Source of the DNA: the human T2T-CHM13v2.0 reference genome, Homo sapiens
Direction: 5' to 3' (one strand)
Assembly: GCF_009914755.1 (NCBI RefSeq)
Contig: NC_060946.1
Length of the DNA: 64,000 bases
Part shown: in pieces, positions 49,579 through 63,339 of the stretch
How positions within the stretch are numbered: the first letter of the stretch is position 1
Layout: each line of letters begins with the position of its first letter
Position numbers and translations under genes: made by a program
The notes under the pieces: model-generated
Seen by the model: the letters and a program-made list of their open reading frames with translations, nothing else
Told to the model about the DNA's origin: nothing
Databases searched by the model: none

Positions 49579-50471
49579 ATATTAACTGATTTTAAAATCC
49601 TGATGGGGTAGACGCCATTTTGCAGAGGAAGAAACAGAGGCACCGAAAGACTAACTAGCTGGGGATTTAACCCAGGCAGTCTGGCTTCATGTCTATACTC
49701 TTGATGACTATTCGGACTTTGTTATTGTTACACAGAGATATTTACAGGCAAACTGATACCTACATGGACATGTATCAACACCTCACACGTGTACATGCAT
49801 GCAGGCTCTCACAGATGTGTGTGCACACTCACATATGGGCCTGCACACTCACACAGAGGTACACATAAATATATCCCAGCACACGCCATACTCACCTGCA
49901 CACACACACAGAGACACGCACAAGCCTGAACCACATACACTCCCTTCCCCCATGTTGGGCATGGTCTGCCGCCGTGCCCAACATTGCCACCTCGCTCCAG
50001 GACCTTATCCAAATCCTCGTGCGTCACTGACGGCTTGTCTCTGACACCTTTCATCCAAGGGTCCCTGAGCTCCTGACTATTATTATCTGGCGACAATGAT
50101 CCTTGAACTCCCGCCTGACAGATGCAAGACCTGGCATGCACAGGCGATGGTCAGAGGTCAGGACGCTGAAAGCAGACTGTCTGAGGCAGAGCAGGGCCAA
50201 GAATTTGGGCCACAAGGCAGCTGGGGGTCTCAGACATTTTGGGGCCTGCCCCTGCCCTCTGATATCTAGGGAAGAGAACATGGGACTGACAGTTACGGAA
50301 GCTGAGTTCCGGTCCCAGTTCTGGCGCCAATGTGCTCTGTGATGTTGAAGTCACTTAGCCTCTCTGGATCATTGCTCATCCATATGTAAACCAAAAGGGT
50401 CTAGACCCGCCAATGCCTTTCTTTCCACTCAACACCAGACAGCCAGGGAGAGAGCTCATATTTACTTTATT

Positions 50472-50765
50472 AATATTTTTTTGAGACACGGTATTGCTCT
50501 GTTGCCCAGGCTGGAGTGCAGTGGTGTGATCTTGGCTCACTGGAGCCTCAATCTCCTGGGCCCAAGTGATCCTCCTACCTCAGCCTCCCGCGTAGCTGGG
50601 ACTACAGGCACACACCACCACGCCCAGCTAATTTTGTTTATTTTTTGTAGAGAAGGGGGGTCTCACTATGTGGCTCAGGCTGGTCTCGAACTCCTGGACT
50701 CAAGCGATTCCCCGATCCTGCCTCCCAAAGTGCTGGGATTATAGGCCTGAGCCACCCCACCCCAC
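50472..50765 (-). mobile_element. Alu (J-like), MB intron 1
   Basis: Perfect TSD CATATTTACTTTA at 50457-50469 and 50768-50780. Confidence 0.95.
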
Positions 50766-51280
50766 CCCATATTTACTTTAAACAGCAGAGCAGAATCGGG
50801 CTAATTTGTCTCCCCGCAAGATCATTCCGGCACCACACAGCTGCCTGCCTCCTGTGGGCCCAGGCCTTGCAGCTAGGAGCCCCCCAGGCAGCCACAGAAG
50901 GCCATTCTCCTGGATTTGCCTGATCCGGAAAATGAACAGATGAAAGCCCCTCAGCCTGTGGAAATGGACGGAGGGCGTTTGCTCTAGTATTTCAGAAAGC
51001 CCCGCTGGCCTGTGTTTCCAGCTTCAACCCTGCTGTCAGTGGGCCTGGTTCATCAGACAGATCTTCAGTCCAAGTCAGAGAGAAGGGAGGCCATTTTCCT
51101 GCTGTTCTCTGAACTGAGGCCCAATTGGACACTCACATGGAACATGGAGCACATTGTCAGATCCATGAACACCCCTCTGGCTCTACTAGAATAAAAGAAC
51201 CAGAGCGTGGGTGGCAGCCCGTCTTGCGTGTGGCAAGGTCATGGGGCAGTATAGCATAGTGGTCAAGAGCAAGGATTCTG

Positions 51281-51470
51281 GGCCGGGCTCATTGGCTTGT
51301 AATCCCAGCACTTTGGGAGGCCAAGGCGGGCAGATCACCTGAGGTCAGGAGTTCGAGACCAGCCTGGCCAACATGGCGAAACCTAGTCTCTACTAAAAAT
51401 ACAAAAATTAGCCAGGCATGGTGGCATGCACCTGTAATCCCAGCAAGACTCCATCTCAAAAAAAAAAAAA
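51281..51470 (+). mobile_element. Alu with most of the right arm deleted, inserted in a near full-length MIR (~51245-51675)
   Basis: TSD GAGCAAGGATTCTGG on both sides. Confidence 0.92.
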
Positions 51471-53479
51471 AGGAGCAAGGATTCTGGATCCAAGCTGCCT
51501 GAATTTGAATTCCAGCTCCTTTCTTACTTGCTGTGTGACTTGGCGTAAGTTACTTAACCTCTCTGTTAAATGTGGTGATCATAATCATATCTACCTCATA
51601 AGATTGTTGTCAGGCTTCAGTGAGTGAAACACTTAAACAGAGCCCAGCAATCAGTATGTGCTGAATAAATGGTTGCTGTCTTTCTCCTCCTCATCATCTC
51701 TACCATTATCATTATCATTATCATTATCATCACCATCACCCAGGAATTTTTGGTCCTGCCTGTGGCTGCCATTAACCGGTGGAGACTCTCAGGCCCAGTT
51801 CCTCCCTGTAATGAGAAGTAGTGACCACCACTGGTGATTTTCAAACATTTTATGACCTTGAAATCCTTTGTTCCCCCCGCTCCCCAAAACAGCCAAAGTA
51901 AATAAAACAAAAAAGGTTTGAGTAAAGAAAGGAAAAACAGGGGTGTGGAGCCCACTCAGCAGCCCCCTCCCTTCCGAAGCCCCACTCCTGGAGCCAGAAT
52001 CTCCAAGTGACCTTCCAGCTTCTGTGTTCTAGAATTTTATGTTTGTGTACGTGCAGTGAAGGCCTCAGTGTTTTACAGACTGGGCTTCATGGAATTTGCC
52101 CTCTTTTACAATCAGAAGATTGGAGACATAACCTTTCAAGGTCAGTTAGAAAATCCAGAGTCAGTATCTAGAACAAAGTCAAGATGCCAACTCTCACGGG
52201 TGGCATTTGCAGTCCTGGGCATGAGCCTCCTCCACCCTGCCCCCAGGGAGGCCATCCTCCCTGTACCCCAAATACTGAGAGGGCAGAACCAGCTGGCACA
52301 GTCTCTGCATGTCCCACAACCTAAGACGTGACAGGGCACCAGGCCTCTGGGACCTTTCAGGGACCAGCAACCCTAGGCATTATGTCTTATCCCTGGCTCC
52401 CGGCCCCCGGCAAACCTCCGTGATCCTCCCTGATGATGCAACACCCTGAGTCTCTTTCAAGACGTACAAGTCACTGCCTTAGGTCTGGCAGCTCCCAAAT
52501 CACCTTGGAAAGACCTCTGCTCTGCAAACTCTGGTCTCCTACCTCCACGCCTGACTGTCCTGCCTCCTCGCCAAAGGCAAAAGTGCATCAAGGACTCAGA
52601 GAATTCTAGGGCATGAGCGTGGGACGGGATCTCGGAGACCATGGAAGACAATCCCTTCGCTCAACCAGCAGAGAAATAAGGCCCAGAGGTGGAGAGACTT
52701 GTCCAAGGTCACATGGCATATCTGTGGCCCAGGAGTTGATGTCAATTTGTGTGTGTGTGTTGGTCGGGGGAGCACTTTGTGCAATCCAACAGGGCCTGTT
52801 GCAGCCAGATGACAGGGACAGGAGAAGAAAGACATAAACACACTACGATGCCATTACAGTCAACAGAAAACTCAACTCTTCTTCCTCAAGTGTTTCTAGC
52901 ACGGATCACCAACGGCTCAAATTTTAGATAACGGAGCTTCCAGGACCAGCCATGCTCCCGAGGTAGACGGAAGCTGGAAATGGGTAAAGCCCAAGGGAGA
53001 CCCAAAGGACGACGGAGTGGAAGAGGAAAATTGGCTCTGGCTCACAAATAAGGAGAAATTAATCTGCAAATTAAAGTGCCAAAGACAATCCATTCACTTG
53101 TGGCAACCCCGGCGCCCACTTCCTTCCTCCCGTTGGCAGAAACGTTGATTCTTAACCTATTAGACTTCTGAGGGAACCAGCTCAGAATGGTGAGGGAAGG
53201 GGCCAAGAGAAGAGTGTATCACCTTTGGGATAGAAGGCAACGAGGAGATGAGCTTCTATGTACAAACCACAGCCACCCTCTATTTACAAACCTCAGAATT
53301 TTGTTTTCTTTGGTGTATTCTGGAATCCCTTGTGGTAGAAGGCAGGATATACTTGCAGACCACATCATTCAGACCTCTCAAACTAGAGACATACTCAACA
53401 TCGAAGGTCACTAATGAGCCTCTATCTTCTGTTCTCTAATTGCAATGCTTTGAAAGGTCCCTAGCCTGGGCTTCATCAG

Positions 53480-53700
53480 TAATAGCTACTAACATTTCTA
53501 GGACTCAGTATATGCCAGGAACCATGCCAGGCCTCTTGCATGCATTATTTTATTTAATTCTCACATCTCCTCTAGGATATAGATATTAGGATATCCCCTC
53601 ACTGTACAGGAGAGGAAATTGAGGCTCCGAGAGGTTGAGTACTTTCCCAAAGGTCACCCAGTGGCTCAGTGGCAGAGCCAAGTCTAGAACCAGATCTGTC
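53480..53700 (-). mobile_element. MIR, MB intron 1
   Basis: GAGGAAATTGAGGCTCCGAGAGGTTGAGT..CCCAAAGGTCAC core. Confidence 0.75.
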
Positions 53701-54130
53701 TCCCCTTGAAGAGCATGTCTTAACCTTGACACTTTAAGAGCATTTAATGAGCTGTGACTCTGGAAATGTCCTCCCCTTCTCAGTCCCTTTTTGTCCTCAT
53801 CCTGTAAGAGAGGTGGCTGTACAAAATCTCTCAGGACCCTTGTTAACTCTGACTGTCTATAATTCTAAAATTCTTCCTGGTGGACTCTGAGCATCCTAGG
53901 TTTGATTCTCATGCTTCCTCCAGCTGCTGACATCAGCCTGAAATGGCTCCTTTCCCTCTCCTGAGTCCAATCCCTGACACTTAAAAGCAAAGAAAAAGCA
54001 AGTGACCGTTCTAACACCCTTAACTAATGCAGCCAACTGACCTACCCCACGTGCAAACTTTCCACCTTGCAGCTGAACACCCTTGATCTTAGGGTGTGGG
54101 TGGCAGGGGCAATGGAATCTCTTCCTTTTA

Positions 54131-54436
<306 letters not shown>

Positions 54437-54455
54437 CTAGCCCTCACATGGGAAG

Positions 54456-54464
54456 CTATTTTAG
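54456..54464 (-). promoter_or_regulatory. MB: Myoglobin A/T element (CTAAAATAG, MEF2-binding), flanked by E-boxes at 54445-54450 and 54467-54472
   Basis: Motif seen directly ~160 nt upstream of the TSS; matches the established myoglobin promoter A/T element. Confidence 0.85.
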
Positions 54465-54505
54465 GGCAGGTGCCATTGTGGCGAGGCAGGACAGCTCAGG
54501 CCACA

Positions 54506-54533
54506 GGGGGTGGGGTGGTTGTGCGTGTGGAAA
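54506..54533 (-). promoter_or_regulatory. MB: CCAC box (CCCCACCCCC, 54515-54506) with adjacent NFAT-type TGGAAA (54528-54533, plus strand)
   Basis: Motifs seen directly ~210-235 nt upstream of the TSS; the CCAC box is an established muscle element of the myoglobin promoter. Confidence 0.8.
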
Positions 54534-55397
54534 GAAGGGGAGGAGGTTGGGCACTGTCTGGACTCTCATAGCCGACAGAAAGGGCACCACAGAAGCCGAC
54601 GCCAGCAGCCTGAAACCCAACGCTCCCTGCGGTCAGCCCTCCCAAGAGGACCTGTCATGTTTCTAAGCTTGGCCACCAGGTGCCCCGGCTGGCCCCAGGA
54701 CAGTCCTGGCCATTCGCAACCTCTCACGCACCTTCTGCCCCTTTGCCAGAGACCCCTCACCCAGCCAGAAGTGACAGAAAGGAACCGGATGGTTTTGTGC
54801 TTATAGCCAGGTGGTCCCAGGCAAGTCCACAATCTCTTAGAGAACTCCTGTTTTCATGACCCTGCTCAAAGGTTTCCCTCTGAAAAGTTTTTCTTGACAT
54901 ACTCCTTTGAGACACCACTAATTGCTTCCTCCTTTCCTTTCTTTGTGTAAGTTCCTGTTGCATTGCTTCCCAAAGGGCATCCTATTTCCTGGTTTTCATG
55001 CCATCTTCTCCATTAGGATAATAGCAGCCAGCACTCACAAGAGACTTTGCTGGGTGCCAGGCCCTGTCCCAAACACTTGGCATTTGGTAACTCATTTAAT
55101 CCCCGCAAGACCTCCCAATGTGATAGGTACTGACATTATCCCTATTTAATTGAGAGAAAGTAGGGAAACATCACTGATGTACAACTAGTCGCTGGCAGAG
55201 TTGGGATTTGAACTCAGGAAGCCACGCCCCTTTCTTTGCAGTTTTCAGGAGGGCAGGAGCTCTGTTTTATTAACCCACGTATCTCTTGGGCCTCACATGG
55301 TGCTTTGTGCCAAGTTTGAACTGAATAAATGTTTATTGAGTAAATGGGTGGATGGTTTTGCAAAGAAAGAGAGTGGAGGATGATTAGCCTTATCTTA

Positions 55398-56050
55398 CAT
55401 CCATGCATCCTCCTTCAATCCATTCAGGTATTCAACCATCTATCCATTTATCCACTTGTCCATCCAGTTACTCATCCATCCATCCATCTGTCATCCCTTA
55501 ATTCATCCATCCATCATCTCTTTGTCTATCCATGCATTCACTCATCTATCCATCCACCACCCATCCATCCAACATCTATCAATCCCTCCATCTATCCGAC
55601 ATCCCTTAATTCATCTATTCATCTATCCATCATCTCTTTGTCTATCCAGGCATTCATTCATCTATCCATCCACCCATCCATCCAAAATCCACCAGTTCCT
55701 CCATCTATCCATCTATCCATCCATCCATGTGTTCATCCATCCATCCCTCAATTCATTCATCCACCCATCATCCCTCCATTCATCCATCCACCCATCCCCT
55801 CATTCATCCATTCATTATCCCTCCATTCATCATCCCTCCCTCCATCCATCTATCCATCCATCACCCACCCATCCCTCCATCTATCTATCTGTTCCTCCAT
55901 CCCTCCATCCATCCATCCACCCATTCCCTCATTCATCCACTCATTATCCCTCCATTCATCATCCCCCCTCCATCCATCTATCCATCCATCATCCACCCAT
56001 CCCTCCATCTATCCTTCTATCCATCTGTAACTCCACCCATCCATCCATCC
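55398..56050. repeat. Degenerate (CCAT)n/(GGAT)n tetranucleotide tract 1.1-1.75 kb upstream of the MB TSS
   Basis: Direct inspection. Confidence 0.95.
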
Positions 56051-57022
56051 CTCTCACAGTGATAGAGCACCTACTGTGTGTCAGACACTGCTACATGCTG
56101 AGGATAACAAAATCAAATAAAACACCTTCCTGTGTTCAAGGAACTCAGAGTCTTTTTAGGGAGATAACTAAGAGGAATGAAAATACAGTACAGTTTGTTT
56201 AGTGCTATGATCAAGGTAGGCACAGGCCCTTCCTTCCATCTGCATAAGACTATACAGTTTACAAAGTGGCTGCTTGGCAAGATTACATCTAATCTTTACA
56301 ACACCTCTGTGAGGTAGCGAGCACCACCCCGCTTTACAGCTGTGGGAGATGAGATTCAGAAAGGATAAGCCAGTGTTTGGGCCATCCTGGGTCTGCACTG
56401 GATTTGTCAGTAATGACTGCCCCACCTACACAGCTTTTTGAAGATAACTGCCCTGCCCCAATCTTGCTGAGGTGCAGGTGTAGCCAGTCATGTTCTGGGA
56501 CACACAGTTCTCCCGCAAACCTGCTGCCAGTCACAGCCAAGCTGAGAAAGCCAATGTCAGGGCTCCATCTGAATAGTCAGCATCTACTAGCTCTGCCAGT
56601 CAGATCCCAGCTTCAGAATGTGAACAGAGATGTTTGGTAAGAATTGGACAAATAATAGGAAATGTAGCTAGAAAAAGAGTTAAATTCAAAGAATCCCCAA
56701 ACTTGGAGTTCCCCAGTGCAACTTTGGGTCAGAACGCCCTCTGTGTGGGTCTCTAAAGCCTGGCTGGTGACCATTCTAGGATTGCCATGAGCCGCCACTC
56801 CCTGGAGGAGCCTTGTGTCTCCATTCAGTGAGTCCTGTGTACTGAGTCGGCTGACTCCTAGCGACCAAAAGGGTCAGAGGCACCGGCTGCACCTCTGGCG
56901 CCCCTTCCCTAGTGACCATTCCAGAAGTCAACCCCAAATGCTAGGCCAGCCGACCTCCAAAGGCCCATCTCTTTAGCAGTGGAAGAAGCAGTAACAAAAT
57001 AAGTAGCTAAAATGCCATGGGG

Positions 57023-57340
<318 letters not shown>

Positions 57341-60109
57341 TCATTCATTCAGTCAGTCAGTCATCTGTTTGTTCCTTTGTTCATTCATTCATTTGAAAGC
57401 CCATTACTGAGGCCCCAGTCTGTGCCAGGCCCAGCCTCAGAAGGAAAGACAACTCTGAGAGGGTCTGCCCCGGTCTCAGACTCTCAGCAGTTTGACCCTT
57501 ACTGCTGGTCACTCGCTGGAGGTGAGTCCAGGGTGTGAGAGAGGAGGGCAGAAAGAAGGAGATGGCATTGAGCTGTGCCACATCTGACCTGGGGCCCCCT
57601 GCCTGGTGCGCTGGGGAAGGCCAAGAGGCAGATCTGAGACTCCTGGAGATTGAGACGCAATGTGCGGTTTTCAAATGCTCTCTGGCCTGTGCCCTCCCGA
57701 GAGTGTCAGAACACCCCTGAGGGTGCGGGGCAGGGCAGGGCTGATTACTACCCGAATCCCAGCTCTTCTCCCGTCTCTGGCCTCCTGAGTTGTCTGGGGA
57801 TGGCCTGAGCATTTAAAATCTCATCAACCCATTACTGATGCTGAAATGTTTAATATGAAGCTATCACCCGCTTGGCAAGCGCCCCCATTAACTGGCATGC
57901 TCATGGAAACCTGTAGCTTTGAAGTTGATGGACCTTTTAAGTTTTACCATTTAAGCTAATGGGAAGGCACCGACATCTGTTTGTACTCACACATCTCTAC
58001 AACAGAGCAGCGTTACCTCACAGTTGCTATGGCTACCTGGAGTCACCAGCTCTGTTTGGGGGCTATTATTATCCCTGTGACAGCCTTCATTATGGCCAGG
58101 GCAGAGAAGCTGCAGACACATGATAGGAAAGCCAGGCTGCCTTTGTGTGCAAAACTTTCTACAGCCTTACACGCTCATGCTACACACACGCACACACACG
58201 CACGAATGCAGGGCACATTAGTCTGATACCCAGTGGGGCAAAACTGGATCCCACCAAGTCAGACCTCCTCTTTTTCCCTTTCATATCACAGGATCCTTTG
58301 AATCCAAAACTGAGACTTGTAGAATCATCCTCAAGGCTCCCAATTCTGGAATCTTGAGATCCCAGAATTAAAATTCTAGAGTGTCAAAGTCTTCAACTTT
58401 TCAGCACCGGAGAAACTTGGGTTCTAGATTCCAGACTTATAGAGAGCTAGAAGCAGAGAAATCTAGAATTATAGGGCCATAGTATCTTGTGACTAAAAGA
58501 GGCCTTCAACGGTATTTTGTCCAATTTCCCACTAAACATAGTTTTCCCTACAGATCATCATCTGGCATCTGCTTGAATACTCCTGGGAGTGGTGAGCTCA
58601 CTACCTAAAGCTTTAAAAATCCTTTTTTATGTCGAACCAAAAGATGCCTCCATGTCACGTGCACTTCCTTGCGGCAGCTCCGCCTGCTCCTTGGGGATAT
58701 AGAGGCCCAGCTGAGTCTGCCTCACAAGAGAAGGAGCAGGCTCACCCAAGACTTTTCTTGTCCAGACTGAACATCCCAGGACTTCCACTGAGCACCCTCC
58801 CCAGGCAAGGCAAGTCGGGGGCCTCAGTCTGGTGGAGAAAGACGGGCTCTGCCATCTTCGGTCTCCAGCCACTCTCACCTCTGGTCACATGCACACAAAG
58901 AGAACGCTATAGCAAAGGGGATTCCAGCACCCACCTGCACAGGTTTGAGCCCCTCAGGCAGCTGTGCACCTGGCCCACAGTTTTTATGGTCAGAAAATCC
59001 AATCTAGGTGACCTAGGAATTTGCTAGCCCTTGGACAGCTGACAATTCCCTTTGGTAAATCTGGGCTTAAGACACCACCAAGGGAGATCAAAGATGTGGC
59101 AAGAAGGAGAACTCTGGCTCCTCAAAGCCAGGACTCCCCACGATCTTCACTACTCTCTTCCTCCTCCTTCTGGGAACCAGCCTTTGGAGGCCAGTCTGGG
59201 CAGTGCCTCCCTCCTGCCAGCAGGCCCTCCCACCCCACCCCCAGCTTAGCTTGTGCCTCCCTGGCAGAGTCTACCCTCCTGGACCAGCGCCAGGCCAGGG
59301 CTCAGAGCAGGGCTGAGGCCTGGGAGTTGCAGGACCTGCTCAAGGCCCTTGATGGGGCAGCAGAACCCCCAAGCTTGCTCCAGACTCCCAGGAACCCACC
59401 CACCAGGGCTGCTCCTCTCCAGCCCCTCAGCATCCATCATACTGACCACAGCTCCCCTTCTCCCCAGCTGTCCTCGCAGAGCCTCCAGCCAAGCGGCCAG
59501 GGCTGGGGGTGGGGAGAGGTGTCTTATAGCAGCCGGGGAGAGGCACAGGGAACTAAAAATACAGTTTACATGGCAAGGCTCCTCCTCTCCCTGCAGGCCC
59601 AGAGGGGCTTATTGGAGGAGGGCTGGCAGGGACACAACATCCTAATCCCTTAGTCAACAGGTGTGGCCTGGGACACCGACCTGCCTCCCCCCTCCACCCT
59701 CCCCAGCCTTGGAGGCTCCGAGTGGCTCCTCCAGCTCCACCATCCACCTGTCACCTGGACAGAGACCAGCCCCGCCTCCACAGTCACCTAACCCCACATC
59801 CACCCATCCTCCCCTTCCTTCAAGGCCCATTGCATAGGAACGGCTCCCCTGCCAGGACTCCTCCCACCCCGCTCTACCCATTCCCAGCAGATGTGCCCTC
59901 TTCCCCACTCTGGCTCCAGCATGGGTGCAGCCTTCTCATCTCTCTTGCTTTGGGGTGCACCTGTCTGGACTGGCTTCTCCCCATTTCTACCCTGTGAGTG
60001 CCTCAGAGGCAGGAATATAAAAGCCACAAACTCATATTGTACTTAGTGCACACCAGGGACACCCCTCCTCCCAGCAGCCCTTTCTTTTGCAGGAGACACT
60101 TTTACAAGC

Positions 60110-60228
60110 GTCACTTTACACTTGAGAGAACTGAGGCACAGAGAAGTTAAGTAACTTACCCAGAGTCACACAGCGAGGAAATACCAAGCCCAAGATTGGG
60201 ACCCAGGTAGTCTGGCTTCAGAGTCTCT
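60110..60228 (-). mobile_element. MIR supplying the donor of the upstream MB exon
   Basis: Minus strand reads CTCTGAAGCCAGACTACCTGGGT...GCTGTGTGACTCTGGGTAAGTTACTTAACTTCTCTGTGCCTCAG, the MIR core. Confidence 0.85.
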
Positions 60229-60323
60229 GCTTCATGGCTAAGAACTGGTCTAATTTGGAGTCCTTCCCCCTCACTCTCTCACCTGCTCTACAGTACCTAG
60301 CAAAGGACCAGGCCAACATGCTC
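60160..60323 (-). other. MB: Probable alternative non-coding first exon of MB, spliced to an acceptor 8 nt before the ATG
   Basis: Strong donor TGG|GTAAGT at 60160/60159 and strong acceptor CTCTTTTTGTCTTCTTCAG|ACTGCGCCATG at 54235/54234. Agrees with my recollection of an MB mRNA variant; the 5' boundary rests on that recollection. Confidence 0.7.
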
Positions 60324-60335
60324 TTTGATTGTTTA

Positions 60336-61084
<749 letters not shown>

Positions 61085-61117
61085 AAAAAGGGAGCACTGA
61101 ATGTGGTGGATACATAG

Positions 61118-61508
61118 TGATAAAAGAAAAACTTCAGCCAAATTAAATGTAAAGGAGTTTAACAGAGCAGTGAATGATTTGCGAGCAGGGCAGCCTCCCG
61201 AGCCAGAGTAGGTCTGGAGACTCCACAGCTAAATAGTGGAAGATTTATGGACAGAAAAAGGAAAGTGACATACAGAAAACAGAAATGAGGTACAGAAACA
61301 GCTGGATTGGTTACAGGTTGGCATCTGGTTTATCTGAACATGGTTCGAACAGTTGGCTGCATTTGATTGGCCAAAATGCGGTGATTGGCACAGTGTAGGC
61401 TATAGTCTGTCTATACCTCCACTTGTTATAGTTCATGATGTACAGAAAAACTTTTAGGCCCAACTTAAAATATGTAAGGAGGCGGCTAGAGGTTAAACTT
61501 TTTTAACA
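61118..61508 (-). mobile_element. ERV1-class solo LTR (MER51/MER57/MER93-like), 391 bp
   Basis: TG...CA termini; 4-bp TSD ATAG/ACAG; splits a MIR tail (GATACATAG|TAAGTGCTCAATA); three CCAAT boxes on minus. Confidence 0.8.
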
Positions 61509-62569
61509 ACAGTAAGTGCTCAATAGTTGCTCACGGTGATATAAGGTATCCATGGTCCTTGCTCTCAAGGGACTCAAAGTCCAGTGGAGGAGATACCTCA
61601 GTGGGATCTGGAACGCAGCAGACATTTCAGCAAAGGCTTTGGAAGGGTGAGAAGGCAGTGCCTAGGCCTGGGAGGTGAAGGCCTTTGAGGGATCAATAGG
61701 AGTTTGTTCAGAGGTGATGGCTGGCCTGGATGTGAACGTATGAGGGAGCGTTCTGCAGAGTGTTCTAAGCAGAGGTACCAAACAGTGCTGCAAAAGCCTG
61801 CCAGAGACGTGTGGGGCAAGTGGGGCTGTGGGAGGTGACACCTACTGGGAAGAACTTTATGTGCCAGGCTCAGGTGATGCCTGAGCAGCGTTTTGAAGGA
61901 TCAATAGGAGCTTGTTAGGAGCAAAGTGAGGAAGGGATATTCCAAGCACAAGGACCAAGACAAGGACTTGGGGGCTCAGAACGGATAGTCACGTTCCACA
62001 GCACTCATGCTCACCTGGTGTGTGCCAGGCTCCGTGCTGGGCTCTGGGGGGACTAAGGTGACACCGGCTGGCCTCCGAGCATTGAGAGGTGGTAGGAGGG
62101 AGGGATGTGTGACCTAATGTTGTCAGTACTTTCTGATAAGGGCAATAATCGAGGTCATTCAGCATAGGGCTAAAGGCTTTGGAATGAGACTCCTGGACTC
62201 GGCCCTACCATGCACTACTTTTGTGATCCATGAAAAGTATCATAACTTTCCAAGGTCTATGCTTTTGTTATCTATAAAGTGGAGATTTTGAAAAGAATAA
62301 CCTATCTTAAATATCATTGTAAGGATTAAAAGAGGGAGCACCCAGCATGGTGCCTGATACATAGTAAGTGCTCAATAATTGCACACTGTGATATAAGGTA
62401 GAGAGAAATCATGGAGTAGGGAAACATTAATTCCACCAAGGAATTAACATGTAACTGAGAAGGTGATGTCCGAGCAAGGTTTTGAAGGATCAATGGGAGT
62501 TTGTTAGGAGCAAAGTGAGGAAAAGACATTCCAAGTACAAGGATCAAAACATTCAAGGACATAGAAGTT

Positions 62570-63010
62570 GGTGTGTTAGGACTAGGTTTGGTTGTTGGTA
62601 ACAGAAAACTCAAAATAACATGGCTTCAGCAAGAGAGTATTAATTTCTCTTTCATATAGAAGTCTAGAGGCAGGGGATTCAGAGCTGACATGGCACACCA
62701 CAGTCTCGGGGACCCAGCTTCAATCTACCTTAGTGCTCTGTCATGTTACACATATGGCCTTCACCTCCTCATCCAAGATGGCTGCTTGAGCTCCAGCCAT
62801 CGTGCCCTCATTCCAACCAGCAGGAAGGAGAAAGGGGTGAAGAAGGTTGTGCCCCTATCTTAAAGAACACTTTCCAGAAGTTGTAATTAATACTTTATCT
62901 TGCTGCGCATCCAATGGCCGTACCTCACTGCAGAGGAGGCTGGGATATGTAGTCTTTATTTCTACATGGCCACATCACCAGATAAAAATTGGAGTTTCTA
63001 CTACTTAGAA
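62570..63010 (-). mobile_element. MLT1 (MaLR) LTR
   Basis: GTAACAGAAAACTCAAAATAAC..GGCTT...CAAGATGGCTGC...GCTCCAGCCATC motifs. Confidence 0.75.
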
Positions 63011-63339
63011 AGAAGTGGGGAAGGTATATTAGATGAAAATGAGCGATTTCTATCATAGGAGACATAAAATAGCATGCTATGCAGGACGCATAAATATTTT
63101 GGTGTTTCCGTGGTGGAAAAAGTGAAGGGGAGAGTGATGATTACAGAAATAAACAGAGGCCAGGCATGGACAGCCTTGGGAGCCACAGACGTGGGGGCGT
63201 GTCCCCAGGGAGAGCCACAGAAGGGTTTCCGAGCAAGGGAGAGCCATGGTCTGATTTGCTGTCCTAGAAACATCACACTAATTGCAGATGTGATTAACAT
63301 AATGGAGGGGACACGTCTGGAGCCAGGAGGCATTTCTCC

